DNA of 63,829 bases, filler included, from Collodictyon triciliatum (GCA_043381765.1; 8 parts of 8 records of this genome joined end to end with filler, not necessarily neighbours in it), one strand, 5' to 3'. Shown: positions 45,901-61,613, counted from the first letter of the whole stretch. A program made the numbers and translations. Notes: generated by a model from the letters alone, not told the origin.

Positions 45901-46452
45901 TTTGATTACCTTTACATTCCTACTCTTGATTACAATTTCGTCTGAATGCTCATCGATTATCATTCAAGTGATATATGACATAATGCCACTGGAATCTCAG
46001 ATGAAGTATTTGTTCGGAACTAATACTTTTGGGTTTCAGAACTATTAACCCGAATTGTTTTAATATAAATAATTACAAGGGCTCGCAAGTGTCATCGATA
46101 ACTATTCTTCAGAGCTTACCACAAATTCATTTAGTTTAAAGGTTATTCGTTTTTATTTTTCCCATATTATACTTTTCAAATGGTATTTTTTTTATGCAAT
46201 TTGCTTAATATATTACAAGAGCCTCCTCTGCCGCTCCATTTCACATTAACCCAGCCCCCGTTTTATTAATTGTTTGCTCTTTATTATTTTCATATGAATA
46301 TACAAGATTCATTATCTCACAAAATCGCGTCTTTTACACTGGGTCATTTAGAAGGGGCAAGGCATCATCGCAGGCGTAACCTCGGCTTTTATGATGATTT
46401 CCTTCTTCATTTTCTTCCGACCGATGTTCCATGCACTCCAGGACGAAAATCG
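37857..46452 (+). CDS. TmcB-like multi-PAS-domain, multi-pass membrane sensor protein (5' truncated, 3' end uncertain)
   Basis: More than 25 small exons. PAS repeats: AIITIDGKGTIQNIN...[37 protein letters not shown]...AKNGDLIPIRLSV; ISIDPNGIIKTSNHFVKHVFGRTREEIIGEKINILMPDPYRTFHDTYLQTYMHTG...EGQHKDKSRFKLHLLVSE; further degenerate PAS. These are followed by an acidic linker and TM blocks with ILKNGPESI, LRPSFNKVHEERFAALRLFLLIPKSVV and FFIFFRPMFHALQDENR, the repeated module typical of TmcB/TmcC-like proteins. Confidence 0.85.
42881..42972. repeat. (AAT)n intronic microsatellite
   Basis: Perfect trinucleotide run. Confidence 0.95.
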
Positions 46453-46734
46453 GTACAGTTTATATCATGCCAATACCATTTTTTCTTTTTCTTTGTTCCT
46501 TATCATCCCATTCAGATACAAATCGATATCGAACAAGCAGTTTTTATTTCATTTTGAAAAGAGGAATATATGAGTATCCTTTCGTTTACTCCTTTTCCTC
46601 CTTCTTCTAAGATTGTACTCCATCTGTTTGTTTCTCTTTTAACCCCACATTATTTATTTGCACTTATCATTCCATCATAATATTCTGTCGTCTCTCTGGA
46701 TTGCTGCATTATTTGCATCAACCACACCATTCCA

Positions 46735-46856
46735 AATCACTCTAATTCGCTCTGATTCACTCTAATTCACTCTAATTCACTCTAATTCACTCTAATTCAC
46801 TCTAATTCACTCTAATTCACTCTAATTCACTCTAATTCACTCTAATTCACTCTAAT
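46735..46856. repeat. (TTCACTCTAA)n 10-mer minisatellite at scaffold end
   Basis: About 12 copies running into the spacer. Confidence 0.93.
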
Positions 46857-49800
46857 NNNNNNNNNNNNNNNNNNNNNNNNNNNNNNNNNNNNNNNNNNNN
46901 TTAATTAATTAANNNNNNNNNNNNNNNNNNNNNNNNNNNNNNNNNNNNNNNNNNNNAAAAAGGAAAAAAAAAAAAAAAAAAAAAAAAAAGAAAAAAAATA
47001 AAAAAAAAAGGAAAAAAGGAAAAAAAAAAGGGATGGAATAAAAGAGGGCGAATAGAAAGGTTTAACATAAACAGCTCGTAAATAAAGATTATATGATTCA
47101 ACAAAACGATGGGAAATATCGTGACTGCATTTCTATATATGCACCAATTGGTTTCCAGAGGTGACCAACTGACAAGGTACATGATGACTCCAGAGTCGAC
47201 TTTTTTGAACTTTCGTCTCTGCATATATTTTTTTTGGTCAGTGAGATTTTTTTTCCCATAACCATGAACATGAAAACAAGTAATATTCAAATGCATAGAT
47301 CACATCGATGATGGTTTGTTGTTTTCATTACTTACCATTTACAACTCTCTCCAACTGCGAAAGTAGCATTACAATAATAGTTTGAGAAAGGTATTTAAAG
47401 TAATTAGCAAACATTTTGCCTTGCGAACATAATTTGGTGTCATCAATTTTTTTCCGTCGTGTGTCTCTAAAATAAGTGCTCTCCATAAACCTTTTCAAAA
47501 GATTGTCTTTATGAAAAATGAGGAGAGGCTAACAATAACTAACTAAATATAGTCTTACTTTATCCTGTTTAATTTGTTCATTAAAGGAATCTGCGACAGA
47601 AGGCCCCACTTGGATCTTTATTTGGTTGATTTAAACGGTGTTGAATAATATCACTGTCTGGATTACAACTGTGCGGGCAGAGTTTCGATAGTAATAGAAT
47701 ACGTATGTCAACATGCATGTTGACGCAAAGTGAGCGGACAGTATTTGCCGAGAGGAGGTATGGAAAAGAATCATATGAATCGTCGACTTACTTCAAGAAA
47801 GGCCAACAAGATAATTGCAGTGACAAAGATGGACATTGCCGAGCTTGCTACAGTAATTGTCTGATCCATTCTTGCGCCGCCCATACCTGCTCGCTACATA
47901 AGAAACGGAAGGTCTCAGTCGGATTATGGAGCAAAGACAAGTATTCAAGAGCTTTTTTTTTATCCTTTCCTTCGCAAAGGATAGCAAGATCAAGAGGGGT
48001 CTACATGAACGAGACCAGAAGCGACGGGAAGGAGTGGTAACTTTCATTTGCAATAAGAGAAAGGTAAAAAAAAAAAAAGGATATAATCGCTTAGGAATAG
48101 CTGCACGGGGCTGAATCAGCGTGATCGTTCATTTCTTTATTGTAATTATATATATATTTTTAAAAAAAAATAATTTACAACACAATAAGGATATAAAAGA
48201 AAGAGGGAGACAAATGAATAAAACAAGGCCAGCTGTGTATATACAAGCCATTCGTCTTAATGGCACAAACACACAAGCGAGCGAGAAAAGTTGTCCCGAG
48301 AGAAAGCTTTTCCATGCGGAAACAAACGTTGAAGAAGGGACGCAGTCAAAGCACACTACCCAGCACAAAGGAACAGCAGCCAACATTCTACCGTGTGCGC
48401 CTTGCAAACGCAGTGGAATTCACAAGAAAGTACGGAGACAAAGCCTGTGCCGCAACCGCACCAGAGTGCTTCTCTGTTGACGCATCCGCGCGATTCTGCG
48501 GAGGCGGCCGCGTTCGTGGCATCCACGCGGTGTTTCAGTACTTTCGACAGCCAGTTAGCCTGCCCATTTGCCTGTCTGGCGTGGCGATGAAAGTTTCATA
48601 CATGGCGCGTCGCAACTCAAGAACCTTCGGGCCTGTGCGGACAGGCTAGCGAGAAATATACCGCGCGCTGAGGCAGCAACCGCGTTGGCAGCCACATCCC
48701 TGTACAGATCTTTATCCATAACGGAGGAAACGGAATGAAACATTGTAACGTAAATTTAATACAAGAATGGATAATGGGCAAAAATAATATCATCACGCAC
48801 ATTTTTATACATCGACCATTATTTGAATATTTGAATTGGGCTTTTGGCTGTTTGTGGAGATATTCTGCAGGGTGCAACGCGGGAAGTACAGGCGGCGGAA
48901 AAGCAGATGGCGAGCGAGTGGTTTGTGTTGGTTTGGGACTGGAGCTTGGAGAGACACTACATGGAGCGGGCATTCTGCCAGCAGTGGAATGCACAATCAA
49001 ATAGCTGAAGCTATGGGCTTTGTTATGGAGCTACGGAAAGGAATTGTGATGTCTAGATTCTTCGGGTAAAGATTTATGTGCTTCGGGTTACTTTTTATAA
49101 ATCACAAAAGCAAAAAACAAAATAATCGAACAGTCGTAAAGTCTCATAGACATCCCCAGGTTCGCTGTATTTTACTGTCCGTAAATCAAGTAGATATCCT
49201 CGGAAGAGCTGCTCGAACAACAATACCATCTGAAAACTGGTCACCATGCACACCCGCCTTCCCATCCCCACACATCCAAACACACCCAGCTCCGAAGAAT
49301 TGTATTTCTCCAACAAAAAACGTGGCATCTGACACAAGGAAAGCCGGCAGACAATATTTACCTCGCATTGTCTGCGATGGACCACACAGAGCCCATCGGA
49401 TTCCTAATCTCGCCATCCGATATCCGCCAGAGCTCCGAGTCGGCATACTTTCCTTACCACGCTGACTCGGACAAAAACCCGCCGGTGAGATATGCTTCGC
49501 TGCTTAAATACCATAAGGCACGTATGGTCATGAATAATCGAAGTGTACGAAGCGATTCCATGGCATGGCTCCAAAGCGCACAGGGCCATACCAACAAGAA
49601 GGGCGTATCGATGGTGGCACAGCTGAAAGCGACACAATACTCTTGCCTGTTTTATTTCAAAGAGATGACGGAGTCTTCAAGTAATGTGGAGGTAGATGAC
49701 ACTCTCCTATAACAAGCAAACACACAGCTATATCCCCACGCTCACTCTTATGGTGGCAAAAGAAAAAAAAAGGTATATTTTGGGGCGAATACGAACGCCA

Positions 49801-51137
49801 GTACACACTGGAAATACAATCCCGTAGAAAACACGCATCGAGCACGTCGTCATCCGAAATGATTGATCAAATGCGCGACGCGGTTGACAGAGAAAAGAAT
49901 GCAAAGGGCCTCAACTTGATACCTAAGAGTGCTTGCTCGTCTGAAGGCGGTATTCCAAGCCTATTTTCTAAGTAGAAATGTATGTGTACACGGAGAGTTT
50001 TGATATTGGACGCAGACATCGCTTAACAATCGCGGTTGTAAGGCTATGATGTAAGGTGTGACACCATTACATTCCGCATCAACCACTTCAACTAGCATAC
50101 CTGTTTTTCACGTGAGAGCGTTCGAAAAAGTGAGATGATGTGGGTGAGCGAACAAAAAAAGTGTTGCCATTTTTTTCATAATTACTATTATTTTGGGGGA
50201 GATTTTCGTTATTGGAAATCGACTGAGTAAATGAGAAGGACAGAAGTATAAGGCTGTGAGAGCACGACCGGAGGCAGTCCACTGAACAACCCTGTGGTGA
50301 CATCCGACAATCTTGGATAAATATTAGCATTGAAAGGCATCGAAAGGGTGAGATTAAGGGGCCACATCACGAAAGCTGTGTTGTGTGCGTCTCGAAGAAC
50401 CAGGGGGATGTAGGATTAATGCAAAGAACATGGCCAAAGCATGGTTTAAACGGGAACGAAGCGAGAAAAAAAACGACAATGTAATACAAATAAAGAGAAT
50501 AAGAACATCAAGATATAGAAAAGAAAATGAAAAGAAAATGAAACGAAAATGAAACGAACATGAAAAGAAAAATGAAAAGAGAATAAAAAAGAAAAATGAA
50601 AAGAAAAAAAGAGAAAACAAAACAAGTATTTACAATTGAGGATCTATATCGCTTGGCAAACATATACTCGATTAATTCGCTTAATGACTTGGTTGTGGTT
50701 TCACTGAATCCGTATTTGCGTTACTTTAAGCATGATTCTTGATGTTTTATTGAATAAATACTCCTTTTGATGTTATAAACGACATAAATTTTCTTTCGAA
50801 CTATATTCTGTGCGCATAAAACATGTTGCTCACTGGCAGGATTTTTATAATGTAGAGATTATGGACGACAGAAAAAAGGAGGAAAGTGCCAATTCTCAAT
50901 CTCACATGACCATACATAAATAAGTCTTGATGGTGATAGAAAAAAATGAAAATGACACCTGGATTTATGGAGGAAATGTGAGGGCCATACTAAGAGTCTG
51001 ACCAGATCACACCGGGGCCTATGAAACAGAGGCTCTAGCCGATGTTGCAGAACAATGGCGTCCTATGCTCAGAATTTCACTCATTCATTTTTGTCTGGGT
51101 CATTTTTATGCTTGTTAATTTCCGAAGTTTGGACTTA

Positions 51138-53406
51138 TTACAACGAGTCTGAGGGAACGCTCTTTGGTGAAGCACTTTGTAGAAAGTAGTCGAGCAGATA
51201 CTTATGAGCTGCGTTTTCCTCTGCAGCTTTGACTGATTTTCCCACACCTGCATATATTTTGTTTATCTATGCCTTAGTTGCTGTGATACAAATTACAATT
51301 ATATTAATTATTAACTGCTCTTTTAAAAAAAGTATATAATTAAGTCTTTCTCTTTCAATAAAATACATACATACATACATACATACATACATACATACAT
51401 ACATACATACATACATACATACATACATACATACATACATACATACATACATACATACATACAACTAAAAAAGAAAAGAAAAGACAGGCATATGTTTTAA
51501 AAATGTACACCTACCTTTGGACAGGAGCTTGTTTCCAGAGTACACACCAACAGAAAAGGTTGGTTGATGAGTATAGCGGCCACTTTCATCCAGAATGCGA
51601 TACTCAGGTTTGTCTCTGCCTTCGCGCTTCAAAAATTCATACAGCTGTACCTTTGGTCGGTCGCTGTCCAGTCCCTGATGTTATTTTTGGTTGTTGCGAT
51701 ATGAGCTAAGTAATATTGCAGTCACGGAAGAATCTATACATAAATTAAAATATGCGAACTGATACCTTTTTCATGTCAACATCAGTTCGAGATAAGACAA
51801 ACTTTTCGACAAATTGCTTCGCTGCTTTCGGTCCCTGCGGAAGCAGAAAAATTAGGTAAGAAAGATGACTACAAAATATGTGCATATATGTTGGATTACC
51901 TGATCAGCATAGATGGCTCCAATTAAGGCTTGAAGTGTGTCCGCTAAAGCAGCAGCTTGTCCATTCTCAAGGGGGGTTTTCCCTTCCTAGGCAAACACGT
52001 GAATTAATTATTAGAAATAAAAAAGTAAGAGAATAGGATATAAAAATGGGATATTACGACTTCAATGTTATTAAAGATAAACAGCTCATATTCGTCATGT
52101 GAACGTTTCAATCGATTGTTTGAAATAAAAAAATATGTCAAACNNNNNNNNNNNNNNNNNNNNNNNNNNNNNNNNNNNNNNNNNNNNNNNNNNNNNNNNN
52201 NNNNNNNNNNNNNNNNNNNNNNNNNNNNNNNNNNNNNNNNNNNNNNNNNNNNNNNNNNNNNNNNNNNNNNNNNNNNNNNNNNNNNNNNNNNNNNNNNNNN
52301 NNNNNNNNNNNNNNNNNNNNNNNNNNNNNNNNNNNNNNNNNNNNNNNNNNNNNNNNNNNNNNNNNNNNNNNNNNNNNNNNNNNNNNNNNNNNNNNNNNNN
52401 NNNNNNNNNNNNNNNNNNNNNNNNNNNNNNNNNNNNNNNNNNNNNNNNNNNNNNNNNNNNNNNNNNNNNNNNNNNNNNNNNNNNNNNNNNNNNNNNNNNN
52501 NNNNNNNNNNNNNNNNNNNNNNNNNNNNNNNNNNNNNNNNNNNNNNNNNNNNNNNNNNNNNNNNNNNNNNNNNNNNNNNNNNNNNNNNNNNNNNNNNNNN
52601 NNNNNNNNNNNNNNNNNNNNNNNNNNNNNNNNNNNNNNNNNNNNNNNNNNNNNNNNNNNNNNNNNNNNNNNNNNNNNNNNNNNNNNNNNNNNNNNNNNNN
52701 NNCCGGCAAAATACATGACTTAGGGTATAATGCAATTATTATAATACTTTCCGCCAAAAAAGCTAAGACGAGAGTTGTTTGCTCCTTGGGACTCCTTGGA
52801 TGGATGCAAAAGAGCCTCGTTCAGAAGCTGCTGGTCGTTGAATTGAAATCCAATGCGGTGGCAGAATGCGCGGACTTCAGACTTTGCCAGAATGTCTTGA
52901 GCTTTCTTCATCTATGCGAAAAAGTGTGACGCTTCGGGTAAAGCAGATTTGGTTCGTTATTTAACTGCAAGAGAGACATGTTGACTTTAGTACATTTCCA
53001 AAGTTAGTGATATTTATTTATTTGTTTTTTTAAAGAAAAAAAAGGAACGAAAAGAAAGAAGCAGTAAAATAAAGGAGCAAATAAAAAAAAAACGAGGAAT
53101 TTTCTACACAACTATGGCCACTTACATCCTCGATAACAGATCTTGAGCTGGTTTGCTGCGTGGAATAGAGCTTCTGCCCATCTCCTTGGCACATTCCCCA
53201 GTAATAGAAAAAGAATAAATATGGGGAAAACAAAGACACATAACTACAAAGTTCAACGAGGAAGCACCATTATTAAGAAAAAAAAATCAATAAATCAAAA
53301 GTAACAAAAAAAAAATACTAAGGAATAAGCACTTATACTAATAAACATGTAAAAAAACAAAATTCTCACGAATAAAAAAACCAATTCGCCTCAGTAGCAG
53401 AGACAT
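51138..53406 (-). CDS. MRPL44: Mitochondrial ribosomal protein mL44 (MRPL44/MrpL3): inactive RNase III domain + dsRBD
   Basis: Presequence-like MSLLLRRIG; IGFQFNDQQLLNEALLHPS...NSRLSFFG; ALADTLQALIGAIYADQGPKAAKQFVEKFVLSR; PKVQLYEFLKREGRDKPEYRILDESGRYTHQPTFSVGVYSGNKLLSKGVGKSVKAAEENAA. The middle lies in N gap 52144-52702. Confidence 0.85.
51363..51463. repeat. (TACA)n intronic microsatellite
   Basis: Perfect tetranucleotide run in the last mL44 intron. Confidence 0.95.
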
Positions 53407-54096
53407 GGGCGATGAAATCTACAGCAAGCGGCAGAGGTAAGCACGCTTCAAAGGCTATAAAGTTCCTCAAGAAAAACTGCGGCTGAAGGCTCTTGTATGT
53501 GACGAGGTCTAGTTATAAGTATCATCTATCCAGCTCGCCTTTCTGCCTTGGCGCTTCAGAGGCCTTCGCTTCGTATTGTCAACCTTCGCTCTTGGCTGGC
53601 GAGGAGATGGATCACGCGGATGGGCTGCTGGGATTCCCCTCCGATCGAACGGGTGTTTGCCTTTGTGGTGGCTGTTCAGATAATTAACTAAAATAAGAAT
53701 TTGGTACTGAATGGAATTATTTCCGGAATTGGGTATATTCGTTAAAAGAGGTTTGAACTTGACTATTTTATATCTATGCCATTATTTGGTGGTGTTTTTT
53801 TTTTCTGCCGGCCTTGGAAGCGGTTGGGTGGGGCAAATCTCGGCTGGGAAGTCGACCACACTCACAACTTCAAACGCGATATTTTACATTCATTTTTTTT
53901 CTTTGTTTTTGTTTTTTTTTTAAACGAAGAACAAAAAGCAAAAAGCAAAAAGCAAAAAGCAAAAAACAAAAAACAAAACGAAACACTGTTTGAGGACTGG
54001 AAGGAACATTTTTAAGATTGGAAATAAAAAGATAATAAAAGAAAAGAACTGCCTCTTGGTCTTGGTTGGACACAATTATAATTCCCATCGTATTAT

Positions 54097-55573
54097 TTAT
54101 GTGAGTGAACCATTGCTTACTACGGAGGATTCATTATCAGCCGTCGAAGAGAGTAGATTCCTCGAGCGAATTATAGGCGAATCAGAGTTTGGAGGCGTGT
54201 GATGAGTTGAAGATGCCACTGAGCTCACGGAAAGACTGGATGATGAGTTACGGAAGGTGCCGACCAGACTCGAGAGAAACCCTATTCCTGGCGGCGTTGG
54301 CAAAGGCTGTGGGGATGTTGTGGCGTCCTCTGTGGAGGATGACAACGAATTACTGGTTCTCGAGGACAGTAACAATACCTCATGCGGCCTGGGCTTGTCA
54401 AGATGCAGAGCATATACACATACAGAGCCATTACCCAATCCAGCCACAAGAATGTCATTGTTTGGCGTAATTGCTATGGACCGGATAAAATTTGGACTTT
54501 TTTCAAGTTCCATGTGGATCTAGTTTGTTCAGTTATTAGTGTTGGATGCCAATATCGAGGTGATAAAGTAAAAAATGTAAAGTAAAAATAATGATTTTTT
54601 TCATCTAATGCTCTTCAACTAGGTTCATCAGATAAGAGAAATTAAAAAAATTCGACCGACCACAGCAATCATACATGTATGTATTCAAACCTGCAAATCA
54701 TGTATTCTCCTGATGACAATGCGGTTTTCTCTTCCGGCACTGACGAAGAGTTTGTTGCTCTTTAAAACCAAACAACATACTGGGTCCTCATCCACTGTTG
54801 TCTGAACCAAGAAACGTCCGTTGATGGAAAAAAGTTGGTAGGTCGAGTTTCCGATGAAAAAGGCGAGGATTTGCCCAGATTGAGGGACAAATCTTTGAGG
54901 AAATAAATGAATTAATTTTCCTTTTCTTGAACATTAAAAGACGCAATTCTACTTTTCAGTTCAATTCTTTTCATGCATATTTTATGTGGGTGAAATCTTA
55001 CCTAACAGTGCCTATGGATGATACGTTTCTGAGGGGTAATTCGTACATCATTTCTATTTTCCTGCAATGGTACGATTTTTTACAAACCCAGAAACATAAA
55101 GATGGAGTCTACTGGTTTATGTGTTTCCAATAGGGGTGGAAAAGAAATAATAAAATTAATAGAAATAGATATTAATAACACATCTGCAGCACACCTAAGA
55201 AATCGCTGCTTGAAAAGAGAATAGAGAATAATCTGGTCTTTTGACGCAGTCGCCACGCAATCTAATTCGGATGAGATAGCCACGGCGTTGACCGGCGATC
55301 CATGTCCGTAAATGACTCTGCAAGCCTCGTTGACGACGTATCGCTTCTTGCCCATCTTGCCGGACAAGGGGAATGATTTGTCATCTACGGAACATAAAAG
55401 TATAAAATTCACATCATAAGTTCGACTAAGAATTCAAAATGGTTTATTATTTTAGTGTCTTACTAGAACCCTCCCAAATAATTGCTGTGCAGTCAAGCGA
55501 CCCTGTCACCACAAATATGTGCTCATCCTAGGTAATGACAATTCAAATAGAAAATTGCTGAATTCAGCCTTCC

Positions 55574-55617
<44 letters not shown>

Positions 55618-56014
55618 AAAAATTTTTTTTTTNNNNNNNNTTTTTTTTTTTTTTTTTTTTTGTTCCTAGGGTCTCTGTCAAGAAGTATGTATCGGCGAAA
55701 ATTTAGGATATTGCAAAGAGATGTTATGAAATAATAATGATAATGATAATAATTTAATCGCATCAAAAGAATATCCCTTAAAAATATGCTTTCTAACATT
55801 TTTTATTCAGAGAAGACAGCTTCGTGTTCCTCGGTTCCATCAGGTAAACAAAAATCTCGATGGGAAATGCAGCATACCTTGCCAAACTCATCACTCATCT
55901 TATCTAGATTCTCTAATTCCAACAGCATCCGAATTGCGTGAGTTTTTTTTTACATATATTCATCAAAATACAGAGAGCAATCCCCAAACACGTAATCCAA
56001 GTATGATGTTTCTA
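54097..56014 (-). CDS. C-terminal WD40 region of a BEACH-family (neurobeachin/Lvs-like) protein, 5' truncated
   Basis: Exons: HHTWITCLG; VVTGSLDCTAIIWE; VIYGHGSPVNAVAISSELDCVATASKD...FLR; LFSINGRFLV; IRSIAITPNNDILVAGLGNGSVCV plus a Ser-rich tail. The BEACH domain itself is not in the window. Confidence 0.72.
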
Positions 56015-56386
56015 TCGTGTAGTCTTATTAAAATAAGGTTTGGTTGTGTGTCATTCCACGAATAAATTGATATTACTCTTTTCTTTTTTTTTCTTTTTTT
56101 CTTTTTTTCTTTTTTTCTTTTTTTCTTTTTTTCTTTTTTTCTTTTTTTCTTTTTTTCTTTTTTTCTTTTTTTCTTTNNNNNNNNNNNNNNNNNNNNNNNN
56201 NNNNNNNNNNNNNNNNNNNNTTAATTAATTAANNNNNNNNNNNNNNNNNNNNNNNNNNNNNNNNNNNNNNNNNNNNAAAACACCAACCGAGCTGGAAAAA
56301 TTTTCTGGTTTCATAATCTTCTCGCACATATTTCCAACCAGTCAAACTTGATTCCCGATTTGCTGATCTCGTCTGGAAATCGCATT

Positions 56387-56499
56387 CACAAAAGACAAAA
56401 AGACAAAAAGACAAAAAGACAAAAAGACAAAAAGACAAAAAGACAAAAAGACAAAAAGACAAAAAGACAAAAAGACAAAAAGACAAAACAAAGACAAAG
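56387..56499. repeat. (GACAAAAA)n 8-mer repeat
   Basis: Tandem octamer just upstream of the Ubl ORF. Confidence 0.93.
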
Positions 56500-56538
56500 A
56501 TAAACTATAGCACAAAAACCAATCCAACGCAGAGGAAA

Positions 56539-57588
56539 ATGAGCCAGAAAAGCAGCTCAAAAACCCTGGACATTCTTGTGGCCGCCTTCCGCGCCAGCTG
56601 CCCGCACGGCCTTGGGTCGCTGGGAGTCAGAGAGCAGCCAGGACCCACAGGAGCAGGCCCCGCAGAGGAGCGATTCACCTTGTGGCATCTGAACCACTAC
56701 CTGATCCCTGTCTTTTCCACAAGCGAGGAGATCCGCACACTGCAGCCTGCCCAGCAAGGAAAACAAGCTGCATCTGCACCCGGACATGGCCGATCCCTCG
56801 TTCCAGTGGAAAGAATCTATGTCAAGATGCTCAATGGAAAATCAACCTCTGTCTCAGTCTCTGCGCATACAACTGTGTTTGACATCAAAAAAAGCATCGA
56901 GGCGCAACTGAACATCCCCGTGGCAGCCCAGCGCATGGTCTTCCGCGGGCAAATCCTATCGCAGCACAGCCAATACATCGGAACCATCCCGCTGCCGCCA
57001 GACTCTGTCGTGCATCTGATTATGCAGGACGAGCAGCACGGCCGACCTGCCAACCTGCACCTGGATTCCAGCTTCTTGGCTCCAAGATGGGACTTTGACT
57101 TCAGCAACGTGCAAGACCCACCCGAAAGCAACCGTGTGAGAGGCGGCCGCAGATACGTGAGGCCATGCGGCTGGAAACGCTTTGCTGTGAGCGTGATTGA
57201 CGAATACGCCGCTGGCACCGAAGGCGGCGCAAATGACTGGCTCGGCCCACAAGGCTCCGATCGTGTGGATGAGAATGAGTGGCCGGTGGCGTATTATGCT
57301 CCGGGCATCGGGCTCCTCAACAGAGGCATCGAAGTGCTGCAGGATGCCCCGAATCGTGTGCAGATTGCGCGTGAGAATCCGCGAGTCCGCTGCGTCACGC
57401 CGTTGCCTACGGTGGCGGCTTTGCACGCGGCAGAGTTTCAGCGCAATGGGCGCACATACCAGTTTCTGGTGCAGATACGCTTCAATCGCAGCGCCATAGT
57501 CTACGAGGCAGACGACATCCTGCTGCTGCGCGATGACGAGGATGCGCCAAGGCCGTATGGACTTCTCATCAGACGCAAGCCTGCTTAG
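56539..57588 (+). CDS. Ubiquitin-like domain fused to a NEURL4-type ADP-ribosyltransferase-like domain (intronless, 349 aa)
   Basis: Ubl: IYVKMLNGKSTSVSVSAHTTVFDIKKSIEAQLNIPVAAQRMVFRGQIL...VVHLI. C-domain: LAPRWDFDFS...RGGRRYVRPCGWKRFAVSV..EY...WLG...EWPVAYY...TP...YQFLVQIRF...RPYGLLIR. The ORF is GC-rich and uninterrupted. Confidence 0.78.
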   Translation: MSQKSSSKTLDILVAAFRASCPHGLGSLGVREQPGPTGAGPAEERFTLWHLNHYLIPVFSTSEEIRTLQPAQQGKQAASAPGHGRSLVPVERIYVKMLNGKSTSVSVSAHTTVFDIKKSIEAQLNIPVAAQRMVFRGQILSQHSQYIGTIPLPPDSVVHLIMQDEQHGRPANLHLDSSFLAPRWDFDFSNVQDPPESNRVRGGRRYVRPCGWKRFAVSVIDEYAAGTEGGANDWLGPQGSDRVDENEWPVAYYAPGIGLLNRGIEVLQDAPNRVQIARENPRVRCVTPLPTVAALHAAEFQRNGRTYQFLVQIRFNRSAIVYEADDILLLRDDEDAPRPYGLLIRRKPA

Positions 57589-57890
57589 AGCAGAGGAGCG
57601 TGCAACAGAGGGCCGAATCCATGCAGACTCGAGAGCGCGTGACAGGCTGCGCATAAATGATGTCATATCTTCTTGTCTGCGTGTGTGTATCTTTCGTCTC
57701 TTTCTTCTCTTTACTGGTGGAGTTGAAGGGGCAAAGGCTTTGATTCATTTCGATGTGTTGTCTCGCGTGCAGACCTTATCGTGCAAAACAAAACCGAAGC
57801 GTGCGATTTCTTCGCTTGGGCGACGCTTCCTTACACTCTTGCTTGTAGTGTTCCCGCGTCTCAAAGGGACTGAAAGCAACGGACGCTGCA

Positions 57891-61238
<3,348 letters not shown>

Positions 61239-61514
61239 TACTTATTTTCCGCGATATTTTCCCTCAAGCCATCACATATTTTGATTTTTTTTTCCTAATG
61301 TACAATACCACCTTTTGATAAACTTTTTTTTCTAACTTCCTAAAATTGACAAAAAAAAAAAAAAAAAAAAATAGTTAAATACATTGCATATTATACCACC
61401 ACTTTTTCTTTTTTNNNNNNNNNNNNNNNNNNNNNNNNNNNNNNNNNNNNNNNNNNNNTTAATTAATTAANNNNNNNNNNNNNNNNNNNNNNNNNNNNNN
61501 NNNNNNNNNNNNNN

Positions 61515-61613
61515 TCACAAAATCACAAAATCACAAAATCACAAAATCACAAAATCACAAAATCACAAAATCACAAAATCACAAAATCACAAAATCACAA
61601 AATCACAAAATCA
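61515..61613. repeat. (TCACAAAA)n 8-mer repeat at scaffold start
   Basis: About 12 tandem copies. Confidence 0.93.

Noticed and set aside
46573..46582. GTATCCTTT as a U12-type 5' splice site
   Set aside because: It is an isolated match with no supported upstream exon or downstream branch point and acceptor. The introns I could model are U2-type.
46735..46856. (TTCACTCTAA)n or (TCACAAAA)n at 61515 as telomeric repeats
   Set aside because: Different scaffold ends carry different units, and similar arrays lie inside introns. They are better explained as assembly breaks at simple repeats.
50980..51065. GGCCATACT... as 5S rRNA or a small ribozyme
   Set aside because: Only about 9 nt resemble the 5S 5' end. 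No internal promoter boxes or hammerhead/HDV core could be built.
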